From Cyanobacteria bacterium J06626_4 (GTDB lineage: Bacteria; Cyanobacteriota; Cyanobacteriia; Phormidesmidales; Phormidesmidaceae): DNA of 26,152 bases. The DNA is taken from assembly GCA_038523235.1 (NCBI GenBank), contig JBCBJQ010000085.1, positions 1-26,152 of the forward strand, in the 5' to 3' direction. Made by a program: the position numbers and the translations under genes. Of the stretch, positions 9,594 through 18,025 are shown piece after piece; the stretch's first letter is position 1; each line of letters opens with the position of its first letter. The notes beneath the pieces are model-generated. The model saw only the letters and a list, made by a program, of their open reading frames with translations. It did not search any database and had not been told where the DNA came from.

Positions 9594-10349
9594 TTAATTG
9601 GCATCCCACAAAAGCTTGATGGCCATTACAAAGCAGACCAGGGTGATGATCGGGCGAATGAGGGTAGCCCCTCGGGCCACGACCAGTTTGGCGCCCACAT
9701 ACGAGCCTAAAAACTGGCCGCAGAGCATTGTTAGGCCGACGAGCCAGTAAATCTGGCCAAACAGCAAAAAATAGAGCAGTGCTGCCACATTGCTGGTGCA
9801 GTTGAGCAGCTTGGTGTGAGTGGTCGCCCTGGTGAGGTTGTAGCCACAGAGGCTGACAAAAGCCAGCGCCATGAACATACCCGTGCCAGGCCCAAAGAAC
9901 CCATCATAAAATCCCAGCAGGGGAGCCACCCCCGTTGAGAACTTGCCGTAGCTTAGACGTTGCTGGTTATCCACGGCGCCCAGCTTGGGCGACAGGGCAA
10001 AATAGCTGCCCAGCCCCATTAGCAAAAAGGGAATGATTTGGGCCAGAGTCGTCGCATTTAGCTTGAGGACGAGCCACCCACCAATGACCGAGCCGATAAA
10101 CGTCATCAGCATTGCCCAGCGGTTGGGGCGCAGACGAATCGCCCCCCGGCGTAAGAAGTAGAGAGATGCCGTGAAGGTGCCGCCGCTGCCCTGCAGCTTG
10201 TTGGTCGCGATCGCCGCTGCCGGGGGCACGCCGACCATCAGCATGGCCGGTAGCGCGATCAGACCGCCACCCCCCGCAAGGGTATCCACGCAGCCGGCGA
10301 TCGCCGCGACGGCAAACAACAGGGCGGCGACTGTAAAACTGACTTCCAT
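9594..10349 (-). CDS. TSUP family (TauE/SafE, YfcA-like) membrane transporter
   Basis: 'AGCVDTLAGGGGLIALPA', 'IATNKLQ', 'GFYDGFFGPGTG', 'TKLLNCTSN'; 251 aa, multi-pass hydrophobic. Confidence 0.93.
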   Translation of the reverse strand: MEVSFTVAALLFAVAAIAGCVDTLAGGGGLIALPAMLMVGVPPAAAIATNKLQGSGGTFTASLYFLRRGAIRLRPNRWAMLMTFIGSVIGGWLVLKLNATTLAQIIPFLLMGLGSYFALSPKLGAVDNQQRLSYGKFSTGVAPLLGFYDGFFGPGTGMFMALAFVSLCGYNLTRATTHTKLLNCTSNVAALLYFLLFGQIYWLVGLTMLCGQFLGSYVGAKLVVARGATLIRPIITLVCFVMAIKLLWDAN

Positions 10350-10400
10350 CGCGGCTCTCTCGGTTTCATGGGCGATGCGGGCTCATCTCTCTGGCGATCG

Positions 10401-10781
10401 CTAGGTGGCGATAAGGCTGGCATGACCAGCAACGATTTGCCAAACCCCGGCAGACGAGATGACCCACACTCGAGTAAAGCGGATGTGCTGATCAATCGGT
10501 GTGCCGTCATAACTTCCCACTAGATGCATTTGCACTGAAACCACCGCAAAGCGATCGTGGAGCTGAATGTGCGGGTCAGAGGGCGTTAACTCTGTTAGCT
10601 GCAGCACTCGAGAACGGTGCATCTCTAGGTCTTGTTGTTTGGTAATCAGTTGACCCAGATAGCTGGTAAATAGGAGTTCTGGCGCAATCAGGGCATCTAG
10701 CTCGGCCACGTCAGAGGTCAACATGGCCTGCCGGAGCCGTTCTTCTACTTCGACAATCGGCGCTGCGGCATGGGGGTTCAT
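10401..10781 (-). CDS. NTF2-like (DUF4440) protein
   Basis: 'EERLRQAMLTSDVAELDALIAPELLF...G...K..DL' and 'RFTRVW.....WQIVAGHAS'. Confidence 0.85.
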   Translation of the reverse strand: MNPHAAAPIVEVEERLRQAMLTSDVAELDALIAPELLFTSYLGQLITKQQDLEMHRSRVLQLTELTPSDPHIQLHDRFAVVSVQMHLVGSYDGTPIDQHIRFTRVWVISSAGVWQIVAGHASLIAT

Positions 10782-11032
10782 GACAAAATCCTTGCAGGGG
10801 ATGCGGGTACGTCATCAGGGGCTGATCAAAGGAATACTCTTAGCTGCCCACTTAATGATAATTTTCAGGGCTCTGTCAATATCCAACACTTGGGTCAGTC
10901 GTCGTGTGGACTAAAGGCCGTGCGACCCACAGAGTTGCGCTAAGTAGGTAGGCGAATTAATTGCGCAGACGGGTTTTCTCCTCACAGAGAGACTCTGCTC
11001 AATCCTCGACGTCTGATCCGGGCGATAATCCA

Positions 11033-11084
11033 GCTGATTAAGCGGAGTCGTTCGCAAAGCGTCTCCCGCAGGGAGAAAATCAGC
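11033..11084. repeat. Short dispersed repeat with a second 26-bp element nested inside
   Basis: GCTGAT-TAAGCGGAGTCG-[TTCGCAAAGCGTCTCCCGCAGGGAGA]-AA-ATCAGC; the reconstituted core matches TGAGCGGAGTCGAA at 20292-20305 with one mismatch. Confidence 0.7.
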
Positions 11085-11128
11085 GATAGGTTTGAAGGTT
11101 GGGTTAAACCCTGCTACTGAGTGAAATT

Positions 11129-11593
11129 TCAGCGCAAAGCATCGGGGCAGTGCTTGATGAACTTCATCTCTCCCTGGTAGTCGCCCTCGGGCACTACACC
11201 GACGGGCATCCAGCCCAGATGCTGATAAAAGCCGTAGGCTCTCAGATGGGGGTCGTTGCCGGTCACGAGCCAAATTTCCTCAAGGTGGTTCGACCATAAC
11301 CAGGCCTCAGCCGCCTGCATCAAAGCGCGACCGGCTCCCTGACCCTCAGAGCCGGGCAGAACGAATAGACCCAAAATAGTGGCTGCCGTTGCGTTGGCGA
11401 TCGCAAATCCCACGGGGCGATCGTCAACCTCAGTGAGCCAAGCTTGGCAGTCCGTCGCTAACATAGCGGCGACGGAGTCGGGGGTAATGCCGAGGGCGGC
11501 GATTTCCTCACGGGACTGATAGTTTTCGATGACGCTGGTGCGAATGTCAAAGAGCGTTTCGATATCGCTGGGTCGAGCCGTTCGAATCAGCAT
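11129..11593 (-). CDS. GNAT family N-acetyltransferase
   Basis: 'IRTARPSDI', 'LFVLPGSEGQGAGRALM' (acetyl-CoA motif A), 'AYGFYQHLGW'. Start ATG 11593 avoids overlap with the divergent crcB. Confidence 0.92.
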   Translation of the reverse strand: MLIRTARPSDIETLFDIRTSVIENYQSREEIAALGITPDSVAAMLATDCQAWLTEVDDRPVGFAIANATAATILGLFVLPGSEGQGAGRALMQAAEAWLWSNHLEEIWLVTGNDPHLRAYGFYQHLGWMPVGVVPEGDYQGEMKFIKHCPDALR

Positions 11594-11621
11594 AGTGTTT
11601 CTCAGTGGATGGTTATTTGAA

Positions 11622-12038
11622 ATGTTAGAGAATCCCAATATTCGTACCCCGATAATCATTGGCTTAGGTGCGATCGCGGGCGCACTGTCTCGGTATTATC
11701 TTGGGCAATGGCTGACTCTGCCGACCCTGCTGACCTTCCCGATGGGAACATTGTTTGTGAATATCAGCGGCTGTTTTTTTATGGGTTTGATTACCACACT
11801 GATGATCAGACGATTGTCTTTGAAGCCGGATCTGATGCTCCTGATCACAACTGGATTTTTAGGGGCTTATACGACATTTTCATCTTATGAACTTGAGGCC
11901 GAACAGTTACTGGACTTCAGTAACTGGCAAATTGGGTTGCTCTACTGGGTTAGCAGCCCACTACTGGGATTTTTCAGCTTTGGTCTCGGTGTGGCGTTTG
12001 CAAAAGTTGTTCAGCCTATCAATCAGGTGGATGAATAA
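11622..12038 (+). CDS. crcB: Fluoride efflux channel CrcB/FluC, copy 1
   Basis: 'GAIAGALSRY', 'FPMGTLFVNISGCFFMG', 'TGFLGAYTTFSSY'. Start ATG 11622. Confidence 0.95.
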   Translation: MLENPNIRTPIIIGLGAIAGALSRYYLGQWLTLPTLLTFPMGTLFVNISGCFFMGLITTLMIRRLSLKPDLMLLITTGFLGAYTTFSSYELEAEQLLDFSNWQIGLLYWVSSPLLGFFSFGLGVAFAKVVQPINQVDE

Positions 12039-12046
12039 GTTCATCC
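12029..12046. repeat. Perfect 7-bp inverted repeat spanning both crcB stop codons
   Basis: GGATGAA-TAAG-TTCATCC; includes TAA 12036-12038 (+) and TGA 12043-12041 (-). Confidence 0.6.
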
Positions 12047-12418
12047 TAAATTTTGAGCGATCCAAATGCCCAACTTGACACAGACTAACCCTAAAATGGG
12101 GCTGCCTAGCCAGTAAAATAAGCCCGATAAAATTTGACGGCTGCGAAATAAATTAGCAGTATCTAACGTGTAAGCAGAAAAAGTGGTGTATGACCCTAAG
12201 AAGCCAACCACAATCAGCTTTTGCATAGCAATGGGCAGGGTAATTTGAGTTGCCACGATAGACAGCAAGCCAATCAATAAAGAACCTGTCAAATTCACAA
12301 AAAGCGTTCCATAGGGAAACTGTTGGCCGCGCTGTGCAATCCAAAATAAGGTGACATAGTAGCGGCTCAACGCCCCTAAGACAGCGCCAAGGCTGATCAT
12401 CAGTGGAATCCAGGTCAT
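12041..12418 (-). CDS. crcB: Fluoride efflux channel CrcB/FluC, copy 2
   Basis: 'GAVLGALSRY', 'FPYGTLFVNLTGSLLIG', 'GFLGSYTTFSAY'. Confidence 0.95.
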   Translation of the reverse strand: MTWIPLMISLGAVLGALSRYYVTLFWIAQRGQQFPYGTLFVNLTGSLLIGLLSIVATQITLPIAMQKLIVVGFLGSYTTFSAYTLDTANLFRSRQILSGLFYWLGSPILGLVCVKLGIWIAQNLG

Positions 12419-12762
12419 ACGGCACTGCTCATAATGGCGCTTTGTTTGGGCGATCGATTGTGTGGCGATGCCAACTAAGCATGAGCTGCCATGGGGTGAC
12501 GGTTAAGTTCAGGTTGATCTCACTTTCGCAGCAACATCACTGGATCGATTGAATGCTGAATCATACTCCTGATTAGGAGGATCGCGTCTGTGTGATGGGT
12601 CGGCGCGATCGCTCAGCCGCAGTCAGGTAGTCCGAAGATCCAGCAAGCTGTTCCTAAATTAAATCCCTGGCGAGTGCGGCCACGGCGATTTGCCCCTCCT
12701 TTCGATACTGACTGCTCAACGTTTGATTGTGCAAGGCTTTACCTTGGCTGCAGGAGATGTCG

Positions 12763-13320
12763 CTATAGGTCAAACTGCTCACGATAAAACGGCACATGCT
12801 GCAGATGCTCTCGATTTTGCTGAACGAATTGGGTTTCTTCCCGCAGCAATTGCTGAACGATGCGCTGAATCTGATGCGGGTGCTGACTCTTGAGGGTGTA
12901 GCGCCGCACAAATCTGGGCAACACGTTGCGAAATACCGAGCAGTAGGGGGCTGCTTCGTCTTTTAGCCGACAAGCAAAACTAGCGTTGTCTGCAAGGAGC
13001 GCCGGTAAAGGACGATGACTGCGAGTTTCAAAGGCGATCGGCACCGCTGGCCCTAACCGCTTGATGGGCTTAAACGGGCTGCCCTCAGGGGCAATTGTGC
13101 CGATTTCCAATTGGGTCAGAGCGCCTACGACCTTGTCGCGGCAGACCATCCATCCTTCGCGACTATAGTTGCGAAGGGGGACTGTCAGCAGCGCCAACCC
13201 AAGAGCGCTCGTTTGAGGTTGATTGCGGGTCGGCACCACGAGCTGAAAATTGCCAAAGTCAGCGACCGCGACTTCAATAACGCTGACTTTGGGAAACGGA
13301 AAATAGTGGCTTGATAGCAT
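12763..13320 (-). CDS. Hypothetical protein
   Basis: Longest ORF in the interval (185 aa), ATG start, AT-rich upstream region; no family recognised. Confidence 0.55.
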   Translation of the reverse strand: MLSSHYFPFPKVSVIEVAVADFGNFQLVVPTRNQPQTSALGLALLTVPLRNYSREGWMVCRDKVVGALTQLEIGTIAPEGSPFKPIKRLGPAVPIAFETRSHRPLPALLADNASFACRLKDEAAPYCSVFRNVLPRFVRRYTLKSQHPHQIQRIVQQLLREETQFVQQNREHLQHVPFYREQFDL

Positions 13321-13834
13321 GATATTTCAGGGGCATAACGTAAGGGCAATGATGTAACGCAAACCTTCCCAGAGTCTCTTCAATCCTAGTGGCAGAAAAT
13401 CCGCAAATGTATTGAAAAAAATATGACCTTGATGCCATGTGGATCAATATCATTAATGAGTGGACTTCATGGTAGTTGGGTGCTGAATCCCAGATGTCTA
13501 GACTTTAAGGATAAGTTTGAGGGGTCTGAGAAAAGCAAACCTCATCCTCCCTCACCTGGGGCAAAAGCTTTATAGCACAACGGCTTAACTCACTTCTACC
13601 TCAAAGCATAGAAAAGATGCTGAGCCAGATAGGTCTATATGTTTTTCATAGAGTGAATCGTTGATAAAACGGCGATACGTGCTTGTTAGGTAATTAACTG
13701 TCGCGGTACCAGAACGTAATCTATGAGTAGGTGGATGACATGATTGGACTGACTAATTCTCTCTTATAGACAGAAAATCAGCGATCGCTTTAATCTTGAA
13801 TGAGACCTCGCAGTTGCTCGGGAAGCGTATTACC

Positions 13835-14164
13835 GTGATTCAAAAATTATTTGTATATGGAACGTTGGGCCCTGGCAGACCCAATGAACATATCATGAAT
13901 AAAATTGTTGGCACATGGACGAAAGCCAGTGTGACTGGAAAATTGCACCATGAAGGTTGGGGCGCTGAGATGGGCTACCCTGGTCTTACTCTAGATGAGA
14001 CAGGTGAACCGGTTGAAGGTTACCTGTTTAGTTCAAATAATTTAGCCTCTCATTGGGCAGAACTGGATACCTTTGAAGGTGAGTCGTACGAGCGCACTCT
14101 GACAACGGTGAAGCTAAAAGATGGAAACATAGTCGCAGCATATATTTATGCACTCAAGCGATAA
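13835..14164 (+). CDS. Gamma-glutamylcyclotransferase (AIG2-like) family protein
   Basis: 'LFVYGTL.PG..N', 'GYPGL', 'LDTFEGESYER'. Start GTG 13835 is preferred over TTG 13796. Confidence 0.9.
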   Translation: MIQKLFVYGTLGPGRPNEHIMNKIVGTWTKASVTGKLHHEGWGAEMGYPGLTLDETGEPVEGYLFSSNNLASHWAELDTFEGESYERTLTTVKLKDGNIVAAYIYALKR

Positions 14165-14236
14165 AAACATTCTTGCAACTATGGAAAAATTTTATCGATA
14201 TCTCTGTTGGGATCATCAATCAAAAGGATGATCTGA

Positions 14237-14659
14237 ATGGAGGAATTGATTGAAAATGCGATCAAATGGGCCTTGAATAAGCAAGATCAAGCAGAGTATC
14301 CATTGAGATGTTTAGTATTTGTAGAAGATGCTTATGAAAAAGGAAATAGTATTGAAATTTTTGGTGGCTCGACAGCCACTGGGTCTGCAGAAGAATATGG
14401 CTTCAATCCTATGGGATGTCCACTTAAAGGGTCATTTGTTTTCTATAAGGCTGTAGGTGCGATTGATGGACTGGAAAAGGACTGGGGGCACGTGGGATTG
14501 TGTATAGGTAATAGCGAAGTTATCCATGCATGGAATGTTGTTCGAATAGATCACTATTTAGCAGTCCAAACACTGTCAACTGCAACCGGATGGAGTGCAC
14601 CAGAATATCTTGGATGGACATTTCCAGAGAGATTCCTAGCAGGATATCAACAGAGATAG
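14237..14659 (+). CDS. NlpC/P60-like papain-fold cysteine hydrolase
   Basis: 'IENAIKWA...Y..RCLVFVEDAY' (catalytic Cys) and 'WGHVGLCIGNSEVIHAW' (His..His); RBS AAGGA upstream. Confidence 0.75.
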   Translation: MEELIENAIKWALNKQDQAEYPLRCLVFVEDAYEKGNSIEIFGGSTATGSAEEYGFNPMGCPLKGSFVFYKAVGAIDGLEKDWGHVGLCIGNSEVIHAWNVVRIDHYLAVQTLSTATGWSAPEYLGWTFPERFLAGYQQR

Positions 14660-14860
14660 TGCGATCCTCTAGTTCACTACAGTAATCATGGCTTTGCTTC
14701 TGCACTGCGTGAGAAATTTAGCGCGATCGCTGGTTACAGCCAGCGCTCAATCAGCCATCAGCGATCGCCCTCTCAAATAATGCACGCCTAGGGGAATTAA
14801 TCCAGACCAGGCTTGGGGAGAGCATGATGTTACAGACTATTGTATTCAGCACTGCCTTTT

Positions 14861-15253
14861 CTAGTCGTTTATGTTCTCCCTTGTGTTGTAAACAGTGTCA
14901 ACCACTACTTCATTAGAGCGTGCCCATTGACAGAGCATCATGATTGGCTCATGGAGTTTGTGACCATGTTCCGTCAGCCTGTATTCCGTTTTAGGAGGGA
15001 CAACTGCATGAACCGTACGATGTACTAAACCGTCACGTTCCAAGCGACGCAGGACTTGAGTCAGCATTTTTTTGGAAATGTCTGGCAACTGCCGTTGGAG
15101 TTCACTAAATCGTTTTTTCCTATCAGAAAGGCAGTGGAAAATAATTGGTGTCCAGGCATCTGATATTAGCGCGAGTAATCGCCGTACTGGATAATTCCGC
15201 TCAAAAACTATGGGGATCGATAATTCCTCATTAGTCGTTAGATCTTCACTCAT
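14861..15253 (-). CDS. HxlR family winged-helix transcriptional regulator
   Basis: 'LISDAWTPII..L....RFSELQRQLPDISKKMLTQVLRRLERDGLVHRTV..VVPPKTEYRLT'; divergent from the oxidoreductase. Start is 15253 (ATG) or 15289. Confidence 0.93.
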   Translation of the reverse strand: MSEDLTTNEELSIPIVFERNYPVRRLLALISDAWTPIIFHCLSDRKKRFSELQRQLPDISKKMLTQVLRRLERDGLVHRTVHAVVPPKTEYRLTEHGHKLHEPIMMLCQWARSNEVVVDTVYNTRENIND

Positions 15254-15358
15254 ATCAAAAGCCTTTCCTTTCAAAATATAGGTTACCAATCAGTGCCTAC
15301 TTACATTTTAGTGACCTATTCTCTATATTGAAAAAGTTCAACAACCGAGATGTAATCG

Positions 15359-16351
15359 ATGAAATGTATTCGTGTCGAAACACGCGGCAGTGCAGAAGTC
15401 CTGACCTGTCAGGAAATACCTAAACCAGATTGTGTGCCCGGTTCTTTACTATTAAAAGTCGTCGCTGCAGGAATAAACTTTGCTGACATCATGCAGCACC
15501 GAGGCACTTACCCATTGCAACTGCCGCTTCCTTATACTCCTGGCATGGAGGTGATTGGGATTATTGAGGCGGTGGGCGCCAACGTGACAGACAGGAGATT
15601 GGGAGAACGTGTCGCTGCAGTTTCTTTTGAGGCAGGAGGGTATGCCGAATACATCACAGTTAGACCAGAACAGGCGATTCCTCTCCCTCCCGAAGTTGAC
15701 GCGCATACTGCGCTAGCTCTACTGATACAAGGGTTAAGTGCCTATTTGCTGCTGACTCATGCTGCCAAAATTCGAAGCGGTGAAAGTATTATGATTCACG
15801 CAGCGGCAGGCGGAGTTGGTAGTTTTCTGGTCCAACTTGCGAAATTGATGCACGCTGGTGATGTGTTCGGCACTGCTGGAACGCTGGAAAAGCGTGAGAA
15901 GATTGGCAATTGGGGCGTCGATTACCCAATCAATTACAACGAACCAAACTGGCACGAAACTGTTCTCGAAATTACAAGTGGAAAAGGAATTGATGTCATC
16001 TTCGATTCAGTGGGCGGCGATGCGATCACACACAATTTATCCTGCTTAGGGGTTGAGGGACGTTTTGTCAGCTACGGTTGGCTGTCAGGGAACTACCCAA
16101 CTCTGACACAGACTCAATGTCAGAATCTGCTGTTCAACAATCAAAGTGTGTCAGGCTTTGCCGTCAACGTGGTGATGGAGCGTCATCCCGATATTGTTGG
16201 TGCAGCTCTAGCACAACTTTTTGCCTGGGTGCAGATGAATCAGCTTCATCCGGTTTTAGGTCAAGTTTTTCCTCTAAAGGATGCTGCACAAGCACATGCA
16301 GCGATTGCATCACGAACAACGATGGGTAAGGTTATTCTGCAGGTCAGTTAA
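15359..16351 (+). CDS. NADPH:quinone oxidoreductase (zinc-independent MDR family)
   Basis: 'AAGINFAD..HRG.YP...LPYTPGME', 'HAAAGGVG', 'FDSVGG', 'AHAAIASRTTMGKVIL'. Confidence 0.93.
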   Translation: MKCIRVETRGSAEVLTCQEIPKPDCVPGSLLLKVVAAGINFADIMQHRGTYPLQLPLPYTPGMEVIGIIEAVGANVTDRRLGERVAAVSFEAGGYAEYITVRPEQAIPLPPEVDAHTALALLIQGLSAYLLLTHAAKIRSGESIMIHAAAGGVGSFLVQLAKLMHAGDVFGTAGTLEKREKIGNWGVDYPINYNEPNWHETVLEITSGKGIDVIFDSVGGDAITHNLSCLGVEGRFVSYGWLSGNYPTLTQTQCQNLLFNNQSVSGFAVNVVMERHPDIVGAALAQLFAWVQMNQLHPVLGQVFPLKDAAQAHAAIASRTTMGKVILQVS

Positions 16352-16805
16352 TACGGCATTAACAATCTAAAATGCAGTCAACGGACAGCCAACCTTTCGA
16401 CTCGTTTTAAGCTTTCTATGATTATTGGTTTGAATCGTTAGGCTGCTTTACTTAGACGCAGAGGCACTTAGCTTACTCGGTATGCTTTCGGTGTCATCTG
16501 CATCAGTTCATGCTTTTGTTTGCTTAAACTATCGTGGTTCTTTAGGACAGGCGCAACAGCCTCAAAGGAAATTGCCATACTGTCATCTGCTTTTGCTTTC
16601 TTCAACAGTTTCTATATCTTTAGTTCGTGAGTTGAAAATTTGGCTAGATCGCCGGTCACAATTGGCGGTCGATCTGCCACCATTCATCAGCGGCGATCGC
16701 CCTCCCCCATCCGTAATGCCCGTTAACTCTGATTGACTATCAGGGGTACTCGGAAGGACTAGACGCGATCGCTGCGGAATGGAACACTGCAGATCAGGAG
16801 CAAAC

Positions 16806-17126
16806 ATGCGACTAACGATTGTCAATGCCTTGCAAGAACTGGAAGGTCACGACCAACCGTTTAGAGAACTTTTTAGCCACGGCTCCCTCAGTGTTGAAAT
16901 CTACAAACCTGAGAAGGTGGATTCGCAAGAGCCGCATAGCCGCGACGAACTCTATGTGGTCATCTCAGGGTCGGGATATTTTGTGAATGGCGACTCTAGA
17001 GAGGCATTTGAAGCGGGTGAGATGCTGTTTGTGCCGGCGGGTGTGGTTCATCGGTTTGAATCGTTTACCGATGATTTTGCGACTTGGGTTATGTTCTATG
17101 GGCCTGAGGGCGGTGAACTTGCCTAA
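16806..17126 (+). CDS. Cupin domain protein
   Basis: 'QEPHSRDELYVVISGSG' and 'LFVPAGVVHRF'; RBS AGGAG 5 nt before ATG 16806. Confidence 0.9.
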   Translation: MRLTIVNALQELEGHDQPFRELFSHGSLSVEIYKPEKVDSQEPHSRDELYVVISGSGYFVNGDSREAFEAGEMLFVPAGVVHRFESFTDDFATWVMFYGPEGGELA

Positions 17127-17220
17127 CCAGCACTGAACATCAGTCATGCGGTGTTTGTGAAATCACCCTAAACGACTGGCCCAATCGACGAGCACTCTGC
17201 ACCGGTAGGACTCTGAAATT

Positions 17221-17703
17221 ATGGATCAATACATCATCACTCGCGAAGAAATTGCCGCCTACGCAGGCGTCGTAAAGACTCATTTTCTCAATGAGAATGC
17301 CCAGCGCATCAACAAATCGCTGGGGGATTTAACCGGGTTGACGGGCATCGGCTTTCACATCATTGAGGTGGCCCCCGGTTATGATTCAACGGAGTTCCAC
17401 AAGCACTATCACGAAGACGAATGTGTCTACATTCTGGAAGGAGAAGCCGAGGCCATAATTGGCGATGCCAAGTACCCGGTCAAGAGCGGTGATTTCATCG
17501 GCTATCGGGCCGGAGGCGAGCCGCATCAGCTGAAGAATACGGGTGATAACATTCTCAGATGTATTGTGGTGGGCCAGCGATTAGCGCACGATGTGGGTGA
17601 TTATCCCCGCCAACAAAAGCGGATATATCGGCATCAGGGCATGCAGTGGAACCTGGTCGATCTGGATGATATTGCTGAGCCTGAAGCGGGCAGAAAGGTG
17701 TAA
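17221..17703 (+). CDS. Cupin domain protein
   Basis: 'STEFHKHYHEDECVYILEGE' and 'GDFIGYRAGGEPHQLKN'. Confidence 0.9.
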   Translation: MDQYIITREEIAAYAGVVKTHFLNENAQRINKSLGDLTGLTGIGFHIIEVAPGYDSTEFHKHYHEDECVYILEGEAEAIIGDAKYPVKSGDFIGYRAGGEPHQLKNTGDNILRCIVVGQRLAHDVGDYPRQQKRIYRHQGMQWNLVDLDDIAEPEAGRKV

Positions 17704-18025
17704 TTCTCCTATGGGTAAAAGCGATTGCTGGAAGAGAGCTATCTTGACAGCGATCGCCTGCTCGGTGGTTTTGCTGAATCTCCCCGATAACCTCGACAAA
17801 CGCTACTGGTAGCGGTGCTACAGTGGGCCATGCCACTGATGCAGTGCCTTACCCTGATCATCTGTCATCTATTTAGCTCGGATCTCGTGAGGATATCGCT
17901 GATTCCTCTCCTGTGAGAGTGTTCGAAACCCAAAAACCCTTGTTATACTTCGTTGCCATAGCGAGCGCTATTGGACGGATCTATTGAGATAACTGTCAGC
18001 CAAGCTTTAAGCATTGCCTAGGGTT

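Noticed and set aside
12419..12760. Fluoride riboswitch upstream of crcB
   Set aside because: No GGCGATGG...CGCC / GCT(A/G)ATGAC..CTAC pattern found by eye upstream of either crcB copy.
13499..13637. Possible MITE bounded by TAGAC...GTCTA
   Set aside because: Only a 5-bp inverted match and no convincing duplication; cannot be supported without other copies.
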